This document shows, one piece after another, positions 21,303 to 31,416 of a DNA stretch of 64,000 nucleotides. The position numbers and the translations under genes were made by a program. Each line of letters starts with the position of its first letter. Positions within the stretch are counted from its first letter, which is position 1. The notes under the pieces were generated by a model that searched no databases, was not told the origin of the DNA, and saw only the letters and a program-made list of their open reading frames with translations. The stretch is from an uncultured Planctomycetaceae bacterium (GTDB taxonomy: Bacteria; Planctomycetota; Planctomycetia; Pirellulales; PALSA-1355). The stretch is taken from NCBI GenBank assembly GCA_963785305.1, contig CAWAUV010000008.1, positions 1,280,001-1,344,000 on the forward strand. Direction: 5' to 3'.

Positions 21303-23682
21303 CCACTACCGCCGCATCAACCCAGAATCTTCAGAAGCCGCAACAGGCATCGGAACCGCCAGAGACTTTCCTAAGCTGCTACGAGATCATCAACCGCGAT
21401 GCTCTCCGGTGGGGAGTGAGGCTATACAAGATTCTCCGAGACGGTGGCGGGCAAACGCATGCCGACCGGGGCGATGCCAAGCAAGCCATTCGGTCGCTCC
21501 GAAAAAAGCACAAGGACCTGTGTCAGGGTTACGGCTTTGTGGTCGATGTCGATGAGGAAACAGTCGCAGTTCCCACAGGCTGGAATCTGCCGAGCGATGT
21601 GCGGGATGGTGAGTACATCATCAAATTCGATTGTGACTTTACCACGGACCCGACAAACCGGAGTCATCGAGCCGTTATCGCCGGCATTCTTCGGGAAGGG
21701 ATCAAGAAGCATTTCAAGGACAACCGTTCCGATGTTTTGGGCGAGTGGTGGCAGGATTACGATCGTTTCTGTCAAATGCCGGAGTACGGGAACGCCGCCG
21801 AAATCCATTTCTGCCGGAAATTCGGGGTGGCCTCCAAGGTGCTGATCGGCGATCGCTGGGTCATCCAACCGCTGATCTCGACAGCTACATTAGACGGCAG
21901 GACGTTTGCGGAGTATTTCCGCGACGGCGAAGTGGCCGCCCTGACTGAGATGATCGAAGCCAAGCAAAATAACCGGCTGAACCGTCAGAATCGTGCCACG
22001 GCCGTGCGCGTGTTCCGGGATGAAAGCACAGCTTTTCAAACCAAGGCAGGTGTGTTGGAGCTGGAAGAGCCAAATCTCCTCGTCGGAATTGCCTCTCTGT
22101 CGCGGCATGAGCAAGCCGAGAAATCTGGCGGGACGATTCGGTGCCGTGCGTTCAACAGCCCTCCCATTGATGTACCGCTACAGCAATTGCGCCTGATCCT
22201 CGACACGCAGATCACGCAAAGTGACCACTCGGAAACGATTCTTGATCCGGCGGATCGTCACCATCTTGCCGGCCTCCTACGGGATTTCGTCAACGGGGCC
22301 AAAGTCAACGGTGTGCAACTTCAATTGTCTGAAATGCCCGTTGATGCCGCGTCCCTTCCCGGCGAGATCGTTACCTTCCCCGCGCTGCGGGTTCGCGATG
22401 AAGGAGACAACGAGCAGGTACTCCCATCCCCTGAACCAGTCACCAAGGAAGCCCTGCGAAACCGGGGGCGGCAACGAACGGAAGCTTTGAAACGGTTCGG
22501 CTACCTACAGGGCAGGCCGATCAATCCGCTCCTTGCGTGGCCGAAGCGATTCGGGCAGGATCGCGCGAAGAGAATGGCGGATGACCTTAATCACCTGATG
22601 CAAAATGCTGGCATCGGCTTCCAGTTCAAATGGACGCTTTATGAAAACGCTGACGAACTTGGCCGTTTCGTTGGTAAACATGGTTACGACTCGATCCTGG
22701 CCGTTTTGCCGGAAGGCTGGAGGAAACCGCATCGCGATGACAGTACCCACGAGAAGATTAAACAGCGGATTGATGTGCCTTCGCAGTGCATCCAGTTCGA
22801 CCACACGCTGCCGGAAGCTTGGGTGAACCGTCCCCACAGGGAGATGGTTCAGCAAGACCAAAGGCTGGCGCGGCGCATTCAGCAACGTTACGAGCTTTGC
22901 CTATGGAATCTCCTCGCGAAGTTGCACTGGATTCCGTTCGCGCCGCTTGATGCCTTCAATTACAACGTCCACATCGGCCTGGATGTCGGCGGTCGGCACA
23001 ACAACCATGCGATGGCTTGCCTCGGCTATGGCTTTTCATCACCTAAAGACGGTCTGCTTTTCCGACCGGAAGAGATCCCCATCGACGTGCAGAAGGCGGA
23101 ACCGATACCGACCGAGTGCTTGACGCGGGGGCTGCTCCAGTTAATCGAGCAGGTACATATGGAACTCAGTGCAACTGGTGTGACTCCAGACTTTGAGCGC
23201 CTGCTTTTGTTCCGTGACGGAAAGCTGCAAGGCGACGGCGGCGACTGGAACGAGATTGACGCGGTTCGCGCTGTTCTCAATCAATTACGCGGCGCGGCTG
23301 GGTCAGTGATGGGGCCGTGTGGACGGCCGTGGAAGTCATGAAAAACGCCGAGGAATGGCGGATCATGAGCGGAAACGACGGGGTATCTAACCCACTTGTA
23401 GGGCAAAGCCTGTTCCCGTTCGACGATCAGTCAACGGCACTCGTCTGCACGACGGGCGTGCCGTACTTGCCACAAGGAACCGCTAGCCCGATAAAGATCA
23501 AAGTCATCGACATTGCCGGCAAAGCCGACCGTCGGCAGGTAGTGCGAGATCTGGTGTGGGAAGCGGATATGTGCTTCACGAAACCCGACATTGGCATGAG
23601 CTTGCCTTGGGTGCTGCATGTGTCGGATGTCGGTGCGCTTCAGTCGGCTCGCTCGTATCGAATCACGGGTATCACTCTGTAA
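21299..23682 (+). CDS. long prokaryotic Argonaute (MID-PIWI), ~794 aa after correcting a 1-nt frameshift near 23290
   Basis: MID HEKIKQ...PSQCI, NLLAKLHWIPF; PIWI IGLDVGG, KAEPI, LFRDG, VEVMK, QGTASP, LPWVLHVSD; ORFs 21299-23341 and 23317-23682 join as QLR-RRGWVSDGAVWTAVEV. Confidence 0.88.
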
Positions 23683-24838
23683 TGTCGGCCAACAGGCGAC
23701 CGATAATCGCTCGTTCCCATTCTTCATACGCCGCCTCGGTTGACCGGCTGCGAGTCAGCCAAGCGGCGAGAATGACATCGGTGCCAAGTTCGAGTGGTTG
23801 CTCTTGTCTTTGCCTGTCTTCAAGAGCTGCGATTCGGGCGGGTGTGCAACACGGAAGGGATAGTGCCTCGCATGTCTGAATAGCTGCGGAGACGGCCCCA
23901 CTCAAGAGACGCGGGTCGCCACACGCGACATGCAGGTTCGTTCTTTCGTTCGACGGCGCAGTCGATGACCATCGGTCTAGCAAGCCCTGAATGGCCCCCG
24001 TGTAGTACGCCCATCCAAGCCGGCCAGCCGCGTCAATCAATGCCCTGGCACGGATTTCATAGGGCGGGTGGCTCTGCCCGAGTTGGTACGGATTCAAGTC
24101 ATCGGCCTCCATTACGTCCTGAAGGGCGGCGAGGTAAGCCGGGCCACTGAGCCATAGTGATATCACGTCAACGGCGATCTCATGCGCCCAGTTGTACTGA
24201 TCGGCAGTCGGTGTCCAGTATCTCCTCACTTGTTCGGCAGTGGCATCAGCAACCTGCTTCGCTGATCCGCGAATCCCAAGCGTTTGCCTTTGGATCGCTG
24301 CTAACACAGCGTTGAGTTCTTGGCCGAATGCCGAGATAAAAGTGTCGCCATCGCGGAACAAGATGTTGTGGCCAATCTCGTGGCAGATAAACGGATAATC
24401 AAGCAGGTCAATATCAGCAACGTTGTCGTCGCCCGGTAAATGGATCACGTTAATTGCATATGCAGTCTTGCCGTCGGATGAGGGCATGGAGACCGTCTGA
24501 TGTCCCCATGCTTGTGATGGTTTTGGCACCAACATTCCCGACACATAGGCAGTCCCTTGCGAATACTCTCCGGCCAAAGTGTGGATGAGCTGCGCATCAA
24601 AAATGAAGCGATCTTCAAAACTGCTGGGCAGGAATTCGAGAACCCTGGCGACATAGGTGGCGATTCGCTCGGCGTCTTCCGAAGAACTGCCGCCAGCCTC
24701 TACGGACCGCTGCACGTCTGAAATGATGTTGACGAGCATCTCGCCAATGGCTTTCAGCGGGGTATCAGCGAAGCGGCGTTGCACGTGGACCACCAGGTTT
24801 CCCAACTGATCCTGCTGGTTCCGATTACGCCGAGCCAA
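23672..24838 (-). CDS. HEXXH zinc-metallopeptidase-like protein (gluzincin/M48-like motifs)
   Basis: CHEIGH, downstream HEIAVD, SHPPYEIR; AAGGAG RBS before a TTG start; 11-nt tail-to-tail overlap with pAgo. Confidence 0.65.
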   Translation of the reverse strand: MARRNRNQQDQLGNLVVHVQRRFADTPLKAIGEMLVNIISDVQRSVEAGGSSSEDAERIATYVARVLEFLPSSFEDRFIFDAQLIHTLAGEYSQGTAYVSGMLVPKPSQAWGHQTVSMPSSDGKTAYAINVIHLPGDDNVADIDLLDYPFICHEIGHNILFRDGDTFISAFGQELNAVLAAIQRQTLGIRGSAKQVADATAEQVRRYWTPTADQYNWAHEIAVDVISLWLSGPAYLAALQDVMEADDLNPYQLGQSHPPYEIRARALIDAAGRLGWAYYTGAIQGLLDRWSSTAPSNERTNLHVACGDPRLLSGAVSAAIQTCEALSLPCCTPARIAALEDRQRQEQPLELGTDVILAAWLTRSRSTEAAYEEWERAIIGRLLADITE

Positions 24839-24886
24839 GGGATACTCCTTCGCAACCGCCTTTTGATCGTCCTCCGGAAAATATTA

Positions 24887-25111
24887 TCACGTTGCGCCCT
24901 TTTCCGCACCTGCCGCATATTCGACCAATTGGCAGAATTTGTTTACCAATCTCAACTGACCGATGGTCCTGCAAGGCGTTTCCAGAAGTTTTGGACTGGC
25001 GGCTACAACTGCCAGGCATTGGGCGCGAGACAATGCGACGTTGAGACGGTTCGCGCTGAACAGGAACTCGATGTCGCGGGGCAGGCATTCCGCATCCGAG
25101 GTAGCCATCGG
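24887..25111 (-). pseudogene. C-terminal remnant of an SF1 (DNA2/NAM7, AAA_12) helicase, TM0106-like
   Basis: PRDIEFLFSANRLNVALSRAQCLAVV = helicase motif VI; 5' part replaced by a REP-like repeat. Confidence 0.75.
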
Positions 25112-25200
25112 AGAAATCAAAGGGGTCAGAAATCAAAGGGGTCAGGACTCATTGATTTCGGTGGCGGTTGTTGGTAGGCTGGCGGCCATGCCGCGACCAC
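25112..25200 (+). repeat. REP-like tandem repeat followed by the 5' stub of a RAYT (Y1 transposase)
   Basis: AGAAATCAAAGGGGTC twice (25112-25143) then AGGACTCATTGATTT; ATG at 25188 encodes MPRPP, a typical RAYT start, then breaks off. Confidence 0.5.
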
Positions 25201-25419
25201 CTGTCCCTCCCGAAAACCCCGTCGGAGGGGAATGGCGATGCCGAGTAGGGTTGATTTCGCGAGGTTGGTTTCGGCGAGGCTCAAGAGAAATCGCCGGCGT
25301 TGGAGTGAAAACGGGTCCGGAGGGTCTGTTTTCACTCCTGGCGCGCGACCTTCCCTTCGGCGTGATGGTCGTGGTTGAAAAGCATGGGGACGCGAGGCGG
25401 CGTCAGGCGGCGCGGGTGT

Positions 25420-26975
25420 GTAACTGTTAAGCCGTGGCGTGGCCTGGGCGCGGGGGGGCGGTGGCGATATTGGCGGGGATCGCGGGCGAGGGGTTTCCGG
25501 GGATGGGTCGCGTGGCGGATGTTTTAACTGCTATTGGTGATCGGCAGCGGCAGGGTCTTGCCTTGCAATTTAGTGCGCACGACTTCGATTCCATACCTTG
25601 CGAAGCTCAAACCGTTTTTCGCGCCGGTCGCGATCACGCTCTTGATTCGGGCGAACGCCGCCGCGCTCCATTCGGTCCGATGCGTGCCGCCATCATTTCT
25701 CGCCGCCGCCAGGCTTCGGATGTCGCGTTCGGTTCCGTTGTTGTCGGCCGGAACATTCGCATCGTCGAGGAAGGTGAACAATTCGTCGCAGTGCTTGAAC
25801 AGCCGGCGCCAGATTCGCAAACATTCGCGATGCCGCACGCGCGTCTCGAGCATCAACGTGTCGAAACGGTTTTGAATCTCGTGTCGGGCCGCGTTGAAAG
25901 CTTTTTTGCCGAGCGACTTGCGCTCGTGGCCCAACCGGATCGCGTCTTGAAACAGCGTGATCAACGGCTGGATGAAGGCCCGCACGCTCGCCGCCGGCAA
26001 CGTCTCGCGCAGCTTGTGCAACTCGCGAAGCAAATGGACCAAGCAGCGCTGTTTGCGGCAGTCGAGCCGGTTGTAGACCGCATAAAAATCGCTGACCAGC
26101 GTGCCCGCGAACGATGTGCCCAACGCTCGCTCGAGCACGGCCCGATTGCGATGACGATCGATCAGGAACAATGCCAAGCGCGTGTCTCGAAAACACCAGG
26201 CCCACGCGGGCAGTCCGTCGATCCGCCAACCGGTCTCATCGCCTTGCACGACCGGCGAATTGCGCAAGAGTTCCCAGAGTTTGTCGACCACCGGCTCGAA
26301 CAAAGCGCCGCCCCAACGCAAATGGCCGAGCAATCCGGCCCGGCTGGCCGAAAGGCCAAAGAAGTCTTTCAGCAAGTGTTGCGTTTTGCCGAGCGAGATG
26401 CCCAGGTGAACCCGCGCGTAGCAGACCAACAAACGCGCGCGTGGCCCGATGTGGGCGCCGGGCAGTTCCAAGTCGCCGCGTCCTTGGCAGGTGGCTTGGC
26501 AATGTTCGCAACGATAGGTATGACGGCGATACCGATGCCATTCGAGCTTGGGCTCTGGAATCTCCGCCATCTCATGGTCTTCGAACTCGCCAGTAGCGGT
26601 CAGATCGTGGCCCCCGCAATGCGGACACTCTCGCGGATGCACGTCATGTTCGATGAATACTATGTATTTCGATATGCGCTGGGCCGGGCGGCGGCTCTGG
26701 ACGAAAGCTGCCCGGATGTTTGCGAAACTGCTTGCGGCGGCGATCCTGTTCGCCACGCCGCGCATCGGCGGCCGAGCGGGTTTTCTTGCGCCGCTGCAAA
26801 AACTTTTGGACTTGCTGTTCGAGTTGCTCGACGCGTTTGCGCAGCGCCCCGTTCTCCGCCTGCAACCGGGCGATTTCCGCTTCCAACTCGGCGATCCGTC
26901 GATCTCGATCATCCATGATCCAATCAATGTGACCGAAAACCCAATTTCGGGAAAGAGGAAATGCTTAACAGTTAC
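25420..26975 (-). mobile_element. IS66 family element (compact single-transposase type), 1556 bp
   Basis: 13-bp TIR GTAACTGTTAAGC at both ends; transposase motifs CPHCGG, QGDETGWR, LVSDFYAVY, QRCLVHLLR, DNNGTERDIR; no TSD. Confidence 0.92.
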
Positions 26976-27335
26976 AAGAAGACGGTGCTCAAGATGGAGT
27001 TCAAGACATTCCGCAACGCTTTCATTCGGATGCCATGTCAAATCGTGCGTGGCGGGCGAAGATTGATCTATCGTTTGTTGGGTTGGAATCGCTGGCAAGT
27101 CGTGTTGTTTCGCTGGCTGGACGGCCTGCGATGTTGACGCCGATCGATTGAAGCCGGAGTCCGGACGCTCCGGTCCGCCGCCACGCCGAACCAGGAAAGC
27201 CAACCGCCAATGCCAAACAAAAACCCGCCGCCGAGAGTAGCGCGCCCGCCGGCGCCGCCAGCTCACGCCGCGCGCACCGCCGGCCACGCGAAACCGGCGC
27301 AAAACGTAACCGCGTACGCTTGTTTAAGGTCTAGG
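26976..27335 (+). mobile_element. IS1380 family transposase 3' remnant with right end
   Basis: KKTVLKMEFKTFRNAFIRMPCQIVRGGRRLIYRLLGWNRWQ...* directly after the IS66 TIR; probable end ...GCTTGTTTAAGGTCTAGG. Confidence 0.65.
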
Positions 27336-27622
27336 CCACGCATCATCACTGTAAATCCGAACTTTTCACCGATTTTGCAAGGGATCGTGTAAGTCGTTTC
27401 CAGATGAGTTAGATTTGACGTCAAGAGGCTCACGCCTCCCGACGAGTTCTCATTAGCCGGTATGGACCCGACCGCCGTAGCGGTATATCTACCGTATTGG
27501 ATAATCGTTGCGGTCGGCTCTCCCGCATTTCCGAGAGTCGCCACCGCGATGATAGTAACGAGTGCGATCAAAGGTAATGATGACAAATGGAATTTCATGC
27601 GAGCTTTTCTTCTCTTGGGCAA
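27336..27622 (-). pseudogene. secreted DUF3859-like protein, truncated by the IS1380 end
   Basis: Signal peptide, IIQYGRY, TYTIPCKIGEKFGFTV; the frame runs into IS sequence. Confidence 0.5.
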
Positions 27623-27789
27623 TTTAGGGCGAGTTAGCGCTCAGCCCGTTTGAGTATTCTCTTCCTTCCGGCCCGCGCTAAAACGTCGGGCTCTGCTTTG
27701 CGCGGTTTCGCTCGCCGAGGCCAAGTTCGATCGCTGGAGCGATACTCGCTGTTAGCTGTTTTACGCCCGGAACGAGAAGCGTGGCAAGC

Positions 27790-27950
27790 CTCTCGGCGCC
27801 GCTAGGCATCATCTGTTTTCGCGTGTTGCACGTCGGCCACTCCGAGGATAATCGACAGCCAGTGCTGCATCGCGGGGCGGGCACGTCGACAGCCTGAGCC
27901 ATCGGACGTTTCTCCGTGTGCCGCTTGGCGTGCCGCTCGACGAGGCGACG
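27790..27950 (+). pseudogene. degenerate IS1182/IS5-type (DUF772) transposase fragment
   Basis: Broken frames resemble GxxFRxLxVG..E.IDSQ..IA...DSLS.RTFL.VPLDEAT; similar to 38610-38755. Confidence 0.45.
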
Positions 27951-28091
27951 GGTTGCCATCGCGGGTGACGGCGAATCGCGAAATCGGCGAATCGCGATCT
28001 TGAAGCTTTTATGCCGACTTTTCCCAAGATGCGCTGCCCGACCGCAACGCTGAAGACCGGGTAAAGCTGGCGCCGATGAATTCAACGAACC

Positions 28092-28625
28092 GTGAATTCA
28101 CGGACCATGAATCCCTTTCATCCCACGCCGAACGTTGCGAGGTTTCTCGTGCCGAAATTGATTCAAGTCGTGTACATGAGCGCGGCCACGCGGGAATTCG
28201 ACGCGATCGACTTGACGGTGCTTCTGGCCAAGGCGCGGATCAAAAACGAGCGGCTCGGCGTGTCGGGCATGCTCGTTTATCACGAGGGTTCGTTTCTTCA
28301 GGTTCTGGAAGGCGGTGAACGGGTCGTCGACACGCTCTATGCGCAAATCGTGGGCGATCCGCGCCATACTCAATGCGAGCTGCTCGTGCGGAGCTTCATC
28401 GACCAGCGGTGCTTCGGCGATTGGACGATGGGCTTCGTGAACACCCGGCTGTTCGGCGCCACATCGATGCCCGGCTTCAATAATTTCTTCGGGAAGCGAT
28501 TTTCCGACAAGACCTTCGTCCGCGAACCATCGCTCGCGCATAAACTGCTCCTCGGCTTTCGCGAAGGCCAGTGGCGGCAGACGGTCGAGACCGAAATGCA
28601 AAGCACGCTTGCGGCCTCGCGCTGA
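28092..28625 (+). CDS. BLUF-domain blue-light sensor protein
   Basis: VVYMSAA, KNERLGVSGML, FLQVLEG, DPRH, FGDWTMGF; exact start uncertain. Confidence 0.9.
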   Translation: MNSRTMNPFHPTPNVARFLVPKLIQVVYMSAATREFDAIDLTVLLAKARIKNERLGVSGMLVYHEGSFLQVLEGGERVVDTLYAQIVGDPRHTQCELLVRSFIDQRCFGDWTMGFVNTRLFGATSMPGFNNFFGKRFSDKTFVREPSLAHKLLLGFREGQWRQTVETEMQSTLAASR

Positions 28626-28752
28626 TTGCTTCGTTGCGCCGGCCTAAGAACCGCCCGGCGCCTGCGCGTTCGACGCTCTTGTTCAATCCATCGCATGCCC
28701 ACGACGAGCGTGGGCATGCGCGCGGCGCGCGCACACGGCGCGGCGATCGGGG

Positions 28753-29921
28753 TTATTCGAAGAGCGGGCCCGACATGGCCACGGCGCAGGGAATCGCGAG
28801 CATCAGCGGCAGCCAAGCGGCGAGCGAGGGGTTGATGTAATACGAGCTGCCGAGCGATTGGCACGCGAGCACCATGAGCTCGAAGCCCAAGACGACCACG
28901 AGGCACATGCCGATCGCGCGAAACACATTGCGATTCTCGCCCGCCAGGATCAGCGGCAGGCCGAGAAACAAGAGCGTCATGTCGAGCAACGGCTGCACGG
29001 GTCGGGCATGAATCGCCACCCGCACATCGGCGCCGAAGCCCAGGCTCGGATTGCTCAGCCCGCGCCAGAGCTCGAGCCACGATGAATACTGCCGCCAACT
29101 CGCGCTGTCCTCGAGTTGCTCGAAGCTCACGTCGCTGGCCAGAAAACATTCGCCCGGCTTGAGCTCGGGCAGGTCGCGCGGGGTGTAGATCACGATGCGG
29201 TCGCCCAGCTTGAGCGAGGCCTTTTGGTCGATGTCCTTGGGCTGGGAGAGATTGACGAGGCGGTAGCCGCTGGGATGCGAGGCGGTCGCCGGCTCGAAGA
29301 AGGCGTCGTCGGCGGCAAGCTGCTTGCCGAATTCATCGAGCGTCGAGGGCAATAGAAAACTCGGCTTCACGATTCGCTGGCGATCGGCCACGAGGCTCTG
29401 TCCGCGAAAGAGCACATCGGTGCGATTGTCGTAGCGCGGCTTGAGTTCCGCGATTCCGAGCCACCGAGATTTTGGGCATTGTGGCTGAGCTCGTATTTGA
29501 ATCGCGGAATAATCAGCTCGCGATCGATCGCGGCCAAGAGCGACACCGTGGCCACGGCCAAGATCACCGGCCGCAGCACGCGCCGCTTGGAAACGCCGGC
29601 CGCTTGCAGGGCCGTGAGCTCGTTGTGCCGTTGAATCCAGGTGACGGTAAACATGGCGCTGATCAGCGTGAGAATGCCGCTCGTTTGATCGAAGAACCCG
29701 AGCGCTCGCGGGGCGTAGTATTCGCCAAGGATCCTAAACAGATTGCCGTGCTGCCCCTCGGAAGCGACGCTGTTGAGTCCGACATGGGTGCGGGCGAAGG
29801 TGATGAACTCCTCGAGGTTGTTGAACGAGTCGATCACGATATACAGTCCGGTCAGACTGCAAAAGAAGATCATGAACGCCTTGACGAACTGTCGGAGCAG
29901 ATAGCGGTCGATAAGCAGCAT
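28753..29921 (-). CDS. LptF/LptG family permease, frameshift near 29445
   Basis: IDRYLLRQF, RHNELTALQAAGVS, LAAWLP. Confidence 0.88.
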
Positions 29922-29938
29922 GGGCTGGTTCGCCTGAT

Positions 29939-31237
29939 TTACGCGGAAGAGGAGGCCGCCTGGGCGCGAATCGCCGTGGCCAGCGCCGCCACGCCGCGGG
30001 CAATATTTTCGGCCGACTGCACCCCGAAGCTCAGGCGAATGGTGTGATTCCGCGGGGCCGGCCCCTCGAGGGGGAAACAGTATTCGCCGGGCACATAGAG
30101 CATTCCGCCGGCCAGCGACGCTTGAAACAGCGCGCCATCGAGCCCGGCGTCGAGCCAGTCCGGCAGCCGGAGCCAAAGATAAAGTCCGCCCGAGGGACGG
30201 CCCCAGCGCACGCCCTCGATCGGCGCCGAATGCTCGTCGGCGGCGGCGAGCATCGCGGCGAGCTTCGTTTGATACCGATCGCGCAAGAGCGCCACATGCG
30301 GCTCGAAGTCGCCCGCCTCGAGCACCTCGGCCATCAAATATTGATTGAAAGCCGGCGAGCCGAAGTCGATGTTCCCTTTCAGATCGCGGACCGGGCCGAC
30401 CAACTCCTTGGGCAAGATTCCCCAGCCGACGCGCACTCCGGGCGAGAACGATTTCGAAAACGTCTCGGCCACGATTACCGTGTCGCCGGCCTTGTCGTGG
30501 CTGCGCAAGCTGGGCAGGTCGTCGCGGCCATATCGCAGTTCACGATAGGCGGCGTCTTCGAGAATGTAGATTTTGGCCTTGCGAGAATATCGCTCGATCA
30601 GTTCGACGATCCGCGCTCGCCGCTCCGTGGGCAACGTGACATTGCTCGGGTTGTCGTGATAGCTCGTCACATAGAGCAGCTTCACTCGCGCGAGCCGTCC
30701 CTCGGCCGCGAGCCGCTGGAGCGTCGCCTCGAGCGCTTCGGGCACAAGGCCCTCGTCGTCGGCCTCGATGCCCACGGCCGAGACGCCCAAGCCGGCGAGC
30801 ATGCCGAGAAACACGAAATAAGTGGGCGACGCGCAGAGCACGATATCGCCTGGGTCGAGGAGCACTTCGGCCACGAGCCGCAATAGTTGGTTGCTGCCGG
30901 CGGTGAGCACGACATTGTCGACCGAGAGCCGAGTCGAGGGACGCGACACACCATCGGCGGCGAGATGGCGACCGAGCACGGCGTCGCGCAACTCGGGCAA
31001 GCCGGCCGTCGTGCCATATTGCAGCGCCACTTGGCCGGCGCGTGGCTCGCGGAGCACTCGCGCCGCGGCTCGCGCCGTGGCATCGACCGGCAGCGTGGCC
31101 TGATCGACAAAGCCGGCGGCGAGCGAGATCAGCTCGGGCCGGGCGAGAGCCAAGTGCATGAGCCGCCCAATTGGCTGCTCCCCGCCGCGCGACGCTTGCT
31201 GGCTGAGTCGAGCGCTGGCGGTGGAGAAGGTCGACAT
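29939..31237 (-). CDS. PLP-dependent aminotransferase class I/II
   Basis: ISLAAG, ALQYGTTAG, ILEDAAYREL, TFSKSFSPGVRVGW, IRLSF. Confidence 0.92.
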   Translation of the reverse strand: MSTFSTASARLSQQASRGGEQPIGRLMHLALARPELISLAAGFVDQATLPVDATARAAARVLREPRAGQVALQYGTTAGLPELRDAVLGRHLAADGVSRPSTRLSVDNVVLTAGSNQLLRLVAEVLLDPGDIVLCASPTYFVFLGMLAGLGVSAVGIEADDEGLVPEALEATLQRLAAEGRLARVKLLYVTSYHDNPSNVTLPTERRARIVELIERYSRKAKIYILEDAAYRELRYGRDDLPSLRSHDKAGDTVIVAETFSKSFSPGVRVGWGILPKELVGPVRDLKGNIDFGSPAFNQYLMAEVLEAGDFEPHVALLRDRYQTKLAAMLAAADEHSAPIEGVRWGRPSGGLYLWLRLPDWLDAGLDGALFQASLAGGMLYVPGEYCFPLEGPAPRNHTIRLSFGVQSAENIARGVAALATAIRAQAASSSA

Positions 31238-31416
31238 GGTGTTACCGGGGTTGCAAGAACGACTCGCCAAGCGGGTTGGAGACATCGGGATTCAGCACGG
31301 CAGGATAGGGGAATTCGCCAAAACGGGTCAAGATCGCGTTCGCGTGCTTGCATGGCCGATAGCAAGCAACGGGCCGTCGCCGAGAGACACCGCGGGGAAC
31401 GCAAAGGTTCGCCCGC

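Noticed and set aside
21299..23682. Interpretation as pPIWI-RE or a short pAgo (SPARTA/SPARSA)
   Set aside because: About 794 aa with canonical GxDV and RDG motifs; no adjacent APAZ, TIR, SIR2 or REase/DinG gene recognised
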